Assembly: GCF_001194135.2 (NCBI RefSeq)
Contig: NC_068984.1
Coordinates: forward strand, 61,695,633-61,759,632
Direction of reading: 5' to 3'
From: Octopus bimaculoides
Lineage: Eukaryota
Length of the DNA: 64,000 nt
The number at the start of each line of letters is the position of its first letter. Position 1 is the stretch's first letter. The notes beneath the pieces are model-generated. The model saw nothing but the letters and a program-made list of their open reading frames with translations. It was not told where the DNA came from and did not search any database. Made by a program: the position numbers and the translations under genes. This document shows, one piece after another, positions 1-12,454 of the stretch.

Positions 1-152
1 ATCGCCATCCGTTCAGAGAAAAATTTGTAGTTTAGAATCAGTAGTTCTTTGACTGCTATTTCTAAATTTTCAGTTTGTTGGAGAAGCAACTCAATGCTAA
101 TCCCTGTATATTTATGTAAATATATATATATATATATATATACATTCATATA

Positions 153-178
153 CAGAGAGAGAGAGAGAGAGAAAGAGA

Positions 179-220
<42 letters not shown>

Positions 221-263
221 GCGAGAGAGAGAGAGAGAGAGATTGAGAGAGAGAGAGAGAGAG
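153..263. repeat. (GA)n microsatellite preceded by (TA)n
   Basis: Direct dinucleotide runs; these explain the RE/LS-rich ORFs. Confidence 0.95.
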
Positions 264-1844
264 TGTGAGAGAAATGCTAAAGTCAACAAACTTCCAGAAT
301 TACAACTTTTGGTGTGCCTTCTCAATGACGGACTATTGATAAAATATTGCACATGTAATGTTCAAGAATAGTTAGACACATAGTAGTATTGAACAGTATG
401 ATTGGGATCAGGAGATAACACGTAAAAAGGGGAAACTAAAGAGGGGACAGTCACGGTATAAAAAATACTTTCATCTAATTAAATTTAGATTTATTATGAT
501 TGAGACGCTTTTAATTCTTAGAGAAGTGCTTGAATCGAAACAAAATGGTAAAATGTGGTTTTATTTAATTAAAATGCTACTTATACGAACTACTTTTATT
601 AGAAAAGAAATCGTTTGGAAATGGAATCTAAGGTCTAGGAAAATAACACCTATTTCATATGATACATGCTTGGCACCATCTGAGTATCGTTCTGAGGTTT
701 ACAGGAATATATCATCGGTGAATGGCTGCTAAAAAATGGTAACATTTCAGATATGTTAAATATACATTGGGAAGATTTCATGATACGTTTGGACGATTAG
801 AAGGTTTGACAATACGCATTTTGTCACTAATTTTTTTTTATATACGTTTTTGTTACTGGTACGTCGGCAAATTCATGTCTGCGCATCTACAGTGATAGTG
901 GAATATATATATAATGTTTCTCGGGAATGAATTCGAATGTTCACTGCAATATATAAAACCTAGTTTACTCATACTGTATCGGTCCACATAACATGCTTCG
1001 AAGCTTTGTTATACGAATTCTAACTTAATGTTGGTGCATGTTTACGAACATTTAATTGACGTAGGAGTGCCACTTAGTTCATTCTGGGTAAAGTTCGCTA
1101 AATGGCGTGAGTAGTATATGAAAACATTTTATGAAATTACTTTTGAATATTTTGTAGAACATTTAATAAGATGCAGTATCTTTTAGCTCCGAATTATAGA
1201 ATCGACTTTGGTTGATATGATGTCTTATTTTCCGTTTCTATTTCAGTAAGTTTGTGAGCTGTTGGATGTTTTACATGACATAACTTTTTCGGGTAATTTG
1301 TTTCGTTCATGTGCATCATTGCAATGCTGTGGATGTAAACAATTTGGAAAAGTCATAGGGGTAAGGTTTTTTTTTATCTGCATTGTTTCAAATATATTAT
1401 ACGTTATAAGAAAAAAACAAAAGCAAAAAATCTCTTTATAATGGAGCAGTTTATTAGATTTTCCGTAAGAAGAGAGCTGCAAGCGGTCGAGGTTAAGTGC
1501 GTTATCGAGAAACTTGACGGTCATAAGGTTAGCCTAAAATGTAATTTCAAACGTTTAATTCGGTGAATTAGTTTTGAATTTTGTTGCCTTAATCATTGTT
1601 AATTCACGGTTGAATTTAGGGATGAATATTTAAGTCTACTAATAAAGAATATAAGGCGATTTGGAATGAAGATGGTTTAGGATATATATTCCAAAATTTA
1701 CTCTAATTTACTCTAATATTTCGAAGCAATGATCTCACGCGAAAGAGATATGAACGCCTATTATTCATGAGTTATAAAAATTGTTTGGAATAAATTTCCT
1801 TCCTTTTGAAATAACGATAACAACACCAGCAACAATAATAAACG

Positions 1845-2057
1845 TTTTCCAATTTTGGCACAAAGCCAACAGTTTTGTTGATAGGGCTTCGTCAATCACG
1901 TCGACTCACTTGTTCAATTGGCACTTATTTTATCAATCCTGAAATGACAACACACAGAGCATCTCAAAGGAATTAGAGTTTAGGAAGAAACCTACTGGAA
2001 GAAATGCCGCTAAGCATTTTGTTTGACATGCTAACGATTATTACAGCTCGCCACCTT
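1845..2057 (-). mobile_element. tRNA-derived SINE, family A (diverged copy)
   Basis: Reverse complement reads AAGGTGGCGAGCTGTAATAATCGTTAGCATG...AAATGCTTAGCGGCATTTC and GATAAAATAAGTGCC, matching the copies at 12240-12454, 18581-18750 and 45165-45270. A further 3' fragment follows at about 2068-2135. Confidence 0.7.
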
Positions 2058-2138
2058 TAGTCATAATTGCTTCAAAGTTGGGTACAAGGCCTGCAATGTT
2101 ATTGAAGGTGAATAGTCGCTTACATCGATTCCAGATTT

Positions 2139-2898
2139 AAAAGTGATTTAAAACCGGAAATGGAGGCTCTAATCTGTGCTGCCCAAGAACAGGCACTAAG
2201 AACAAGCTACATGAAATACAGAGTAGACAAGACAGCAGAAAGTGATAAGAGCAGAATCTGCAGACAAAATGGTGAAAAAGTATGGCATATTACCAGCCAA
2301 TATACGCCACTAGCCTAGAAGGAATATAAGAGACGTCACGACAATATAGCAAGGCTTGTCCATTGGACACTTTGCAACAGGTATGGACTTGACAAAGAAA
2401 AAAATGATTGCTAGGACCACAAACCCGAAGGCATCATCCAAAATGATAAAGCAAAGATCCTGAGGGATTTTATAATTCAGTGCGACCATGAGATAGAGAA
2501 TAGGAAGCCAGACATAGTCTTAATTGAGAAAGAAAGTAAACGATGCTGGATCATAGATATAGCATGCCCAGCTGTCAACACGGTATGCGATAAGGAAGAA
2601 AGAAAAGTCGATAGATATCACCGGTTAGCTTGGGAAATGAAGCAGTTGTGGTGATGAAATAGGTAGTAGTAGTACCAATAATTGTCGGAGCCCTGGAAAC
2701 AGTGAGTAAAATTCTCGAGAGTTACACGGAACAAATAGGGGCTGCAATATGTGTGGAGCAGTTGCAGAAGACAGTACTGCTTGGAAACGCTCGAATACTC
2801 CGGAAGGTGCTCGAAGATTAAGAGGTTTTACCTTAGTTCACTGGTAGTGAACAACTGACACCATAGTACATCTCCAACATTAGAAGCTGTGTAAAGGC
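2139..2898 (+). mobile_element. R4/Dong-clade non-LTR retrotransposon, 5'-truncated 3' end (subfamily A)
   Basis: Translates KSDLKPEMEALICAAQEQALRT...SRICRQNGEKVWHITSQ...EYKRRHDNIARLVHW (degenerate CCHC finger), then RKPDIVLIEK...IIDIACP...KVDRY (restriction-like endonuclease) and PIIVGAL...LLGNARILRKVLED*. Stop at 2819-2821, short 3' UTR, (AAT)n tail. Contains stops and frameshifts. Confidence 0.88.
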
Positions 2899-3023
<125 letters not shown>

Positions 3024-3510
3024 AATGCATTCTAATTGATGTATCAATACTAGCAGATGACAACGTCTCTCTAAAAGAAATGGNNNNNNNNNNNNNNNNN
3101 NNNNNNNNNNNNNNNNNNNNNNNNNNNNNNNNNNNNNNNNNNNNNNNNNNNNNNNNNNNNNNNNNNNNNNNNNNNNNNNNNNNNNNNNNNNNNNNNNNNN
3201 NNNNNNNNNNNNNNNNNNNNNNNNNNNNNNNNNNNNNNNNNNNNNNNNNNNNNNNNNNNNNNNNNNNNNNNNNNNNNNNNNNNNNNNNNNNNNNNNNNNN
3301 NNNNNNNNNNNNNNNNNNNNNNNNNNNNNNNNNNNNNNNNNNNNNNNNNNNNNNNNNNNNNNNNNNNNNNNNNNNNNNNNNNNNNNNNNNNNNNNNNNNN
3401 NNNNNNNNNNNNNNNNNNNNNNNNNNNNNNNNNNNNNNNNNNNNNNNNNNNNNNNNNNNNNNNNNNNNNNNNNNNNNNNNNNNNNNNNNNNNNNNNNNNN
3501 NNNNNCTGAA
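3024..3510 (+). mobile_element. R4/Dong-clade 3' fragment (subfamily B) spanning an assembly gap
   Basis: Left of the gap reads CILIDVSILADDNVSLKEM (RLE motif region). Right of the gap is CTGAA+(AAT)n, the same 3' end as the copy at 4079-4378. The interior is N (3084-3505). Confidence 0.65.
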
Positions 3511-3512
3511 TG

Positions 3513-3595
<83 letters not shown>

Positions 3596-4033
3596 TTTGT
3601 CTTGGTATAAAAGATGGGCTACAGCAAGCAGTCAGTTGTTTGACCTTAACCAGTTGAGAATGTACTTTGGTGACTGACGATATGTGCATATCTGCTCATG
3701 AGCAGAAGTAGTGGGGGAGCATCATAGCCATGTATTGAGAAGAATTCTCAGGGGTTTGAATAATTCACCTTTGAAAACATGGATGTTTTGCTCAACATCC
3801 TTACACAAACCTTATCCAGGTTTGGGCTACTCGACCGGAAGATAATTCTAATCGGGCCCCACCTGCGAGGTCATGCGCTGTTTATCTTGATATGAGATCA
3901 CCATGTCGCGCACATATGGTTGTTTTGCATATTCTTCGTGTACCCTTATCATACGGGTAGTCATGATGGGCATAATGGGCTTCGTATATTTTACCCCAGT
4001 ATCATTTTGATGGCATGCACTGCTCTGTCACTC
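3596..4033 (+). mobile_element. Unclassified ~440-bp non-coding interspersed-repeat module with (AAT)n tail (probable retroelement 3' end)
   Basis: Higher-GC, non-coding block bounded on both sides by (AAT)n; ends ...GCATGCACTGCTCTGTCACTC-(AAT)n. Family not assignable from the window alone. Confidence 0.45.
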
Positions 4034-4078
<45 letters not shown>

Positions 4079-4080
<2 letters not shown>

Positions 4081-4378
4081 CTGGAAATAGAGGTAACTCG
4101 AATGTGGAATCTAAAAACAGAAACAATTCCTATCATAGTAGGTGCTTTAGGTATAATAAAAAAATATTCAGACAAATACATAACAAAAACACCAGGACTT
4201 GCAAATATATATAACATACAGAAAATTGTACTACTGGGCACTGCACACATCCTACGCAAAACACTTTCAATACAGTAACCATAAGAGTATCACAGCAAAC
4301 CACAGCACATACCCAAGGCACACAGAGCTGCGCTTGGTAGTGAAGTGAAAGCACGTTATAAAAATAAAACTACTGAAC
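4079..4378 (+). mobile_element. R4/Dong-clade 3' fragment (subfamily B)
   Basis: Reads LEIEVTRMWNLKTETIPIIVGALGIIKKYSDKYITKTPGLANIYNIQKIVLLGTAHILRKTLSIQ* (stop 4276-4278), then a 100-nt 3' UTR and (AAT)n. Homologous to 51747-51899. Confidence 0.88.
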
Positions 4379-4392
4379 AATAATAATAATAA

Positions 4393-4544
4393 CACCATTG
4401 AGAAATACATTTGGAATGAGAACCCAGTTTGAAATTTCCCTAAGACACCTGATGAAGGCTGGAGGTTATACCAGCCAAAAAGTTGTGTTAACAACAGACA
4501 AGATGAGGACAAATATCCTTCAAATGTGGATAATTTAAATAATG
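4393..4544 (+). mobile_element. Penelope-like terminal-repeat fragment containing a degenerate hammerhead ribozyme motif
   Basis: GACAC-CTGATGA-A-GGCTGG-AGGTTATA-CCAGCC-AAAAA-GTT-GTGTT: CUGAUGA core, perfect 6-bp stem II and stem I (GACAC/GTGTT), but GAAAC reads AAAAA. Confidence 0.6.
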
Positions 4545-6067
4545 TTTAAAAAATATTGATATTGGGGTAAAACTTATTTCTTTTAAGTTCAAATTTTCTC
4601 CCGAATTCATTTATCATAAAATTTAGTTCATTGCTTTGTCATCGGACGGAATATCTCGTCAAAATTGTGTTCGAATGAGTTGTGTGGAATAGAAGCTTTG
4701 ACTTAAATCCAAAGTTTGAAATCTGTTTCTAGTTTTCGCTGCATTCATCAAAGGCAAGTCCTCTCCGTGTCATTTCTTTTATTTAAATTTAAGTTTCAAT
4801 GAGAATGACGATAACTTTAGTAGCAAGTTTGAGTTGGTTTTTCTTGATATTTTACGTAATATGAGATATATTGCCTAAAATGTTTTACTAAAGCAATCAT
4901 AGTGATAGCAAAGTTCTTGTATAGTAAAATGCAATCACTAACGAAGGTAAAAACGAATTAACAATGAAAGTAGAATAAAATAGATATTTATTGAATGAAC
5001 AAAAATGGAGAACTACAATTTATATAATATTAACACTAGAATCATTAGATTATAATGAGGTATCTTTCCTGAAAGTTGCATACGAAATGTCAGTTAGAAG
5101 TTGGTGACAATAGTTTTGTGGGGGTGAAGTGAAAGCAGTAGAACGTTAAGTATAGTGGATTCGAGATGAAGTAGGAAGAGATGACAATCTAAATATCAAG
5201 ATACACGAGATGGAATTAATCAGTCAATGAATGGTTATCTTGCTTTCGGTTGATCAAAACTGTGATGCACTTTTATTTGCAAATATCATTTGAAAGGGGA
5301 AATATCTTACAGTGATTGCTACAAGATATGATAGTCTGCTTGAATTATCGGAAACTTGTAGATAATTCATGAATACAAATAGACTTAAGTTCTATTTAAA
5401 GACAGATGGGGAAGAGAGTGGTGGAGAAGATGTGAAAATTATTCTTGAACACAAAAATGTGAAGCATGTAAAGCCATTGGAACTTATTACAAATTTCAGG
5501 GATACATATTGTTCTCCGTTTAATGTCATAGTTTACCTTTATTTCCGATGTTCAAAATGGAAATATCATTTTCAACGTACCATGAAAAGACTGAATTCGA
5601 AGTTAAACAGATGGATTAGTAAGAAATAATACTGGTATTTAATATAGTGAACTACATAAAGTTTGTACAAATGCATTTAATCACATGGGCATTCATTGCA
5701 TTTACCAATATGAACACTTTTTTAATAATTTGCATTTGAACATTTAAATTAACATCTCTCCGTCTCTATTTCACATTCAGTTTTTCTTCTCTCGTAAATA
5801 TGTGCAACATTTTTCTAATTATTAGCGACAGCTTCTACTAACTTCCGTATCACTTTCTCCCAATCTTAAATATTTCATAACTGACATTACATATTATATA
5901 TTTTATCAGTAATTCCTAATTACAATTTGCTGATTGAATACATGAAACTGCAAATGTAAAAGTTATGTATCTTTACTTAACTTTGGTATTGAGTTCATTG
6001 TTACCTTGTTGCTTGTACATTGCTACCATAACATTATAGCTACCTGATCGATCCCTCTCTATATATA

Positions 6068-6082
6068 AACACACACACACGC

Positions 6083-6126
<44 letters not shown>
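6068..6126. repeat. (CA)n microsatellite
   Basis: Direct run. Confidence 0.95.
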
Positions 6127-6130
<4 letters not shown>

Positions 6131-6479
6131 GAACACACGTATGAGTGTGCATGTGTGTGCCAAGAAGCTTGTTTCAAAACCATAACAATGCAAGTACTAA
6201 AAATTAAAATAAGTCAATAACCTACAATTATGCTTTATATTATATTTCAATATTTGCGGCTTAAGACCGCTGCTTTTTCGGGGAATAGAAATCAGAAATT
6301 TAGTGTTGCAACCTAGCTTTTGTGCTCTGATGTGTGTGTATGTGTAGGGGACTTGCGCAGGGCAGTATTGTTACATTAGCTAATCTGCAATGTGCAGGTC
6401 AGTTTTGTTGTTATCAAGCGGCTTGTTTTTTTAGCAAATAAGGATGGGTATTTTTCCTTTCAGGCTCCGATCGGTGGCA

Positions 6480-8200
6480 TCAGTCTAGACTTGGATGTCT
6501 TAGGTGTGGTAATTCTGTAGCTTCATTTTTAAAGAGGTATTCTTTACTCTGGATGTGCACTTCTCTAATATATTCCTCTAATATAAAAGTAATTTCATAT
6601 ACCACTTGTGATTTATATACACGATATTTCGGAGGTTAAGTCCCTTTCATCAGGAAAACATGGGAGATATAATGTTGGGAACTAGATTTTCTGCTCATTA
6701 GTTTGTGTATATAGAGGCTAGGCGCCCTAGATAACACTATCATAACGGACAATCAATTGTGTATAGCACAGTTATGTTGTTAATACGGATTTAGACTTAT
6801 TAATGAGGATTGCTTCTTTTATTCTTAGGTTTGTAATGTTCCATTCTGTGGTGTTAGTGGACACCTCGATGTTTTCGCTGTGGTATTTCCGTAGGCGATT
6901 TTTAACGGAGGAAATATCAACGTAGTAGTGTCCTTTAATGTCGATGTGCACTCGTCGTATGCGTGCATGCATATGTGGGTGCATAATTGTATACTCAAAC
7001 GCTTTTGTATGTCTGTGAAGGTGCATGCATGTACTTACGTATATAAATGTATGTTGGCAAATGTAAGTAAAGTGATATATACGTATATAGGATTGTATGA
7101 GTGTTTGTTTACGGGTAGTTAAGTTTTTACAACTATTGCATGCTCAACAACATCTAGCCATTTCATCTACTAATAAATCCTGAATAAATTATCATAGTTG
7201 TTTGTTGCGTTAGTGTCATGTGATTATATTTTGTGCCTAAAAAAGAAGGCTGACACGGTTGAGTGAGCGTGTTTAGCTAAAATCAAGGCACTCCACATTT
7301 AATCTGTCTGGTGGGAGAGTGGACAGAAGTATTTGCATGTGACCCAGTGGCTAAAGGTATTTAGCTGTGTAGGTTCTTCATTTTAAATGGAAGAATGAAT
7401 TTTGTATGTGAATAGTTATTTGTGGATGTACTCTGTTAAAGTTTGCTAAGTCTTGATTTATAATTCTGTATGAAACTATTTTCTTTGTTTATCTGTGATT
7501 CATCTGTGGTATTCGCTGAACATAGGTAAAGTGGGAAGACCTGGAATTTGGGAGTCTTATTTTTTGCACATATATCTGTGTCCGGTCAGAGGAATCTGTC
7601 TAGTACTGGGTTCTCGTGTTTGTTGTCGGTGAATAGTCATTCTATTTCTATGAGTAAGCTTTGGTTGACCTATTTAATCTTCATTACATCATTGGCATTT
7701 CATAGCGTATATTAAGTTTCTTGAAGAACAGGTAAAGCGATTTTTTACGGTAAATATCTGTCCTTACGTTAAACATCTGTCCTTACGGTAAAACTCTGTA
7801 CGCTGTGTTTTCAATAAGGTTGATGCAGGTCCCGCAGCTTAGAAGGTGTTTGATGTGTTATAGTTTAGGTACTGAATTTCTTATCTTCCTTGAATATCCT
7901 GACTATAAATTTCGCTTTAGCTTCTTTCACTCTATCTTTATTTTACTGATAAAATAAAAATATCTTTCTTTTCTTAATTGGTCTCTATAGAATGTTCTCT
8001 TAAATTTACACACATTCTTGCAAAACTGTGTGAATTTTAGGTTTGTATACACCTATGGATTAATTCTCTCTTGTCCCCTGAAATGTTTGTGTTTCAATGT
8101 GATAATGTAATCGTCTGCTCAATGGATATCGCACAGCATTATTTTTTGCAAGTGAAACAGGTGTAAAGATTATGAAATTTGTTGTTAAAATAAATGATAC
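6480..8200 (-). mobile_element. Penelope-like element remnant (GIY-YIG endonuclease plus RT fragments)
   Basis: The minus-strand ORF 6772-7026 has KNRLRKYH...LRIKEAILINK, typical of the PLE GIY-YIG C-terminus. Around 7400-7470 it reads NQDLANFNRVHPQITIH (PLE RT thumb region LNSxHPxIxFT). A CTGATGA...GAAA motif lies at 6627-6653. Heavily decayed; boundaries approximate. Confidence 0.55.
7745..7801. repeat. 19-bp minisatellite, 3 copies
   Basis: TTACGGTAAATATCTGTCC / TTACGTTAAACATCTGTCC / TTACGGTAAAACTCTGTAC. Confidence 0.85.
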
Positions 8201-10470
8201 AATAAATTTCTATTGTATTCTGATCTCATATATATGTGTGTGTGCGTACCTGTGTGTGCTGTGTGTGTGCGTGCGTATGTGCGATTGTTGTGCATGTGTA
8301 TACACATAAATACAAATGTCTATATACATACATACATACATACACAATATATATATACATCGTAGATATTGCCGATGGATGGCTGTTCGTAGTTGCAGCA
8401 GCAGAAAGCTTGATGACTGAGGTAGATTTTCTCATTTAGTCTACTTCTTCCATATTAATTGAAATATGTTATTGTTGAGTTGTGTAATCGGTGTAATCGC
8501 TAAACGTATATAAGGAAGAAACCATAAAGTTTGATTGCATCTCATTTGCCTGTGTCGATATGTTAATCGACTTGACTTGTATTTGTCTGCATTTTCGTAT
8601 TATAGTTTCCGATCTACTCTGAGACATGCATTGCTTTATGGATCGTAAAGTTACTCCAATGTAATGTACTTCACATTCTGATTATATATTTGCGTTTATT
8701 AGGTTTCACTAAGATACCTTTGGCTTTTGTAGATGTATAGCTTTTATAAATATTTCATTGTCTTGGAGTGTCTTCTGCAATCTATGTCGGTATATAGTTG
8801 AAGACATCGGTTGAGAAAAGTGCCCTTTCTCAGTGACTGTATGTTTTAGGATATGGTGTTTTAGAATTTGTCATCTAAACCGAATTCTGAGAGGAGCCAA
8901 ATATATATCATTTTGAAAAGGAAAATCAGCTCAAATCAACCGATTCAAATGTTAACGTGGGCCAAACTTCACATAAAATCAACAGAACCAACAATATTAA
9001 AATGCGGAATATCCAACTGTGGTTTATGCTTTCAAACGATGTAATTCGCTTTGTAAAAATGGTAACTGTTCAGAATAACAAAATAACTTCGTCTGCACTT
9101 ATGCAAACTATATCTATGAAATTACATACTCAGGGTGTACAGCGAGAGACACATAGGGAAAATCAGAATGTTCTTAAGAGTGCTCATGACTCTTGCATAG
9201 ATCCCAAATTCGAATACTGGAGTCAGTGAAAATACACTCACAAACACCGGTAAGAAACAATCGAATCATAGGAACTTCCTCTGATATCAATTTGCCGATG
9301 GCACATAGTAATAGCAGCACATCAACAATGAAACAACTTTCATAACTAAATATCGATCACCTCTAAGCACTGTGCAAAAGATAGACCGACTAATACTAAT
9401 ATTTCATGTAAAGATAAATAAATAACTTTATAGAAAACATCTATATTACTGACATGTTTAAGGTTCATTTCTTCTCAGTGAATAATTTTCCTTGAACGTA
9501 TTGGTTTGATATATATATACATATATGCAACCAACTAATTCTCTTAAATTAGCCTCGGGCAATTCCCATATAAAGCATCTCCCCTTTAAATTGTTTTCCA
9601 TTATTTGCTTAAGCTGTATATCCGTTGTTTATAATTTTATCTATCACTATAGACATTATTTTAATATCTTTGGTATTTTTATCATTACATGTAACATACG
9701 ATTCCGGTTGTATCGTATAAATAAGTAAGGAATTTCAGCCTAGCCTTCTTTGAATGAAGCTTTTGTGTGCGAAATGCCCTTGGCCATGAGATTCTAAATG
9801 CACTATAGAAATTTGAAGAATCGAGAAAGCGTATGAAGATTTAAATGATAGCACTTGAAATACTCATAAATTAATGCATTTGCTGAAGTATTTGTTGATG
9901 TTGAAAGTATACACAACAGTAGTAAAGTTAGTGTTAATAACCTTGTTTGAGTGAAGATATTTGTAGTGATGAATGACTGGGTGGTGAAAATTATAATACA
10001 TCTACTAGTTCTAATATTAATGGTGATGCTGATGTGAATAGTGATTTCAATCGCTCTGACATTTGTTTTCGCGATAAAGACAATTTCAATGGTTACGGTT
10101 AGAATGTGGTGTCGGAGAAGGTGAGGATAACTTTGCTACTTCTGCCGCATGATGTTGGTTATTAATGACAATGGTGATAATGATGATGATGGTACAAAGA
10201 TAAGGATTTTATTCAAGCCTCTATTCATAGGTATGATGTCGCAGGTGCATGAGAGCTAATTTTATCATTATTAAATTGTTTGTGGGGTTTCAATAAAACC
10301 CCAGTTCTATCTACAGAAATTTACAAGTAGTAAATTTCCATACACACAAACGAATACACGCAGGCGTAAACACACATATACACACGCACGTGGCACACGC
10401 AAGACACACGTACATGAGTGTATGTGCATATATATATATATACATACACACACATATTTATATATATATA

Positions 10471-11324
10471 GTAGCTGACTTACCCGGTAATTCCCGGGAA
10501 AGCGAGGTTTATCCCTTCGTTCAGTTCTCATAACCGTTTCGCCAGTCCAATAACAACAATACAAAATATATAGCCCTTAAAACGATTTTTGTCCATTTAC
10601 AGAGAGTACCGAACTGTCTTTGACAAGATTTTTAAGGGATTCCCGATAAGTTCTCAATACCCATACTGGGAAGTCAGTTATGTAATAACATGAAATTAGT
10701 TACCCGATTGTAAGAATTCAAATAATGTATCTCCGAAAAAGGTTTAATGGGTTCCTATTGTATATAGAACTTACGAGGAAATACTAATAAAGTATGTATG
10801 CTAAAACTGTGAAGCATGTTACCTAATAATAAGCTAATTAGATATGAAATAATAACAATTCAAAGTAAATTACTCTGAAAAGGACTTTTGTGCGTTCCCG
10901 GGATTACCCTCAGCGGCGCTAGTGTTGGTATATTCGTGAATAAGTCATTAACCGAAATAAGTGGACCTATGTTAAGAAAATACTATTTACTTGTTTAAGT
11001 GTTGTACTGGATAAATTGCGAAAATAAATCTAACATTTCAAATACTAAGAAATACTCAATTTAATTTATGCCAAGTAATTTTGGAAAATGAATATATTGT
11101 TTCTTTTGGCTATATACAAGGATCCCTTCCAGGGGCGAATGAGTTATTACTCTTCCAGGGGGCCTATTATCGATTTGTTCAGCAATCTGAGTATGCCGTG
11201 AGGTTTTCACACATGAGTCCTACTTACGTGGCAAGTATCCTCAAAATCAATACAACGATGTAGGAGGAGTTAGATAACAACTCCAGAAACACCAACACAC
11301 AGATTTTCCTACATAGGTAGTAGG
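10471..11324 (-). mobile_element. Non-autonomous Helitron, copy 1
   Basis: On the minus strand it ends CCCGG-GAATTA-CCGGG-TAAGTCAG-CTAC|T (hairpin plus CTAG-like end). Both terminal segments align with the oppositely oriented copy at 26473-27260. Confidence 0.75.
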
Positions 11325-11344
11325 TATACATATATACATACATG

Positions 11345-11345
<1 letters not shown>

Positions 11346-11408
<63 letters not shown>
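11346..11408. repeat. (CA)n(TA)n microsatellite
   Basis: Direct run. Confidence 0.95.
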
Positions 11409-12239
11409 ATTTTTACCCGTCTCCTCTTCTATCTTTTCTCTTGTCAAAGACAACATTCCATTTCCTCAGCGTTCGCTACCTTACCTCGTCTGGCCTAACG
11501 GTCTTCCATGCTTGTTTTCGTTTGGTTTGTTTTATGATTCCACTGTCTTGTTTTGTTACGAAATTTGACCATCCGCAAATCTTAAATTTTATTTTGGTTC
11601 GCGGGAGCAACTACCTTTTCGAAGCCTCATATTGGCGTTAATTGCTCGAAATGAGGAGTAGATGGACAGCTGACAACTGATGAAGGGTCGTGTTTCATGC
11701 TACTTGTCGTATTTTCCATTTGTTTCTCTCGTTGTTATCATAGCAATGTTTGTTTTGGTATTTCATGTTGTTTACGCTTTGTGATGTCCGTACCCATATA
11801 TGCATATATACATATATATATATATGTACGTATATACATATACATATATATGTATATATANNNNNNNNNNNNNNNNNNNNNNNNNNNNNNNNNNNNNNNN
11901 NNNNNNNNNNNNNNNNNNNNNNNNNNNNNNNNNNNNNNNNNNNNNNTTATACTGTTATATATATATACATATATATATACATATATATTTACACACATAT
12001 ATTTCCACATGTACATACACACATGTATAAACAGAAAGAGAGCGAAAGAGAGAGAGAGAGAGAGGGAATAGATAGATAATTATACATATATATGTATGTC
12101 TGAAAGAATTTATTCTACTGTTCAGAATAGTATTGTCATTGTGATTTCATATTTAGCAAATTCAGAAAGTTCTAGCCTAACTTGGCCTAATCATGAACAT
12201 TTTGTCATGACCGAATGACCTATGAATGCTTGCATAACA

Positions 12240-12454
12240 TTGGTTTAAAATTTTTGGCACACGTCCAACAATTTCCGGGTGTGGATACGTTGATTATATT
12301 GACTCTAGTGCTCAACTGATGCATAATTTAACTACTTCGAAATGATAAATCGCAAAGTCGACCTCGGTAGATATAAACTCAGAAGGTAAAGACTAAAGAA
12401 ATGCCACCAAGCACTTTACCCGCCGTGCTAAAAACTCTGCAACCTCACAACCTT
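12240..12454 (-). mobile_element. tRNA-derived SINE, family A
   Basis: Contains GCAAAGTCGACCTCGG...AACTCAGAA...AAAGAC...GAAATGCC...AAGCA...GTGCTAA, the reverse complement of the family A head and core. Confidence 0.65.

Noticed and set aside
8470-8860. Possible continuation of PLE RT (FSTDVFNYIP, IYV*) on the minus strand
   Set aside because: Motif matches are too degenerate to support.
11640-11700. CTGATGA at 11677 with an upstream GAAA as a possible hammerhead
   Set aside because: No GAAA downstream and no convincing stems in any permutation; at most a decayed PLE-like terminus.
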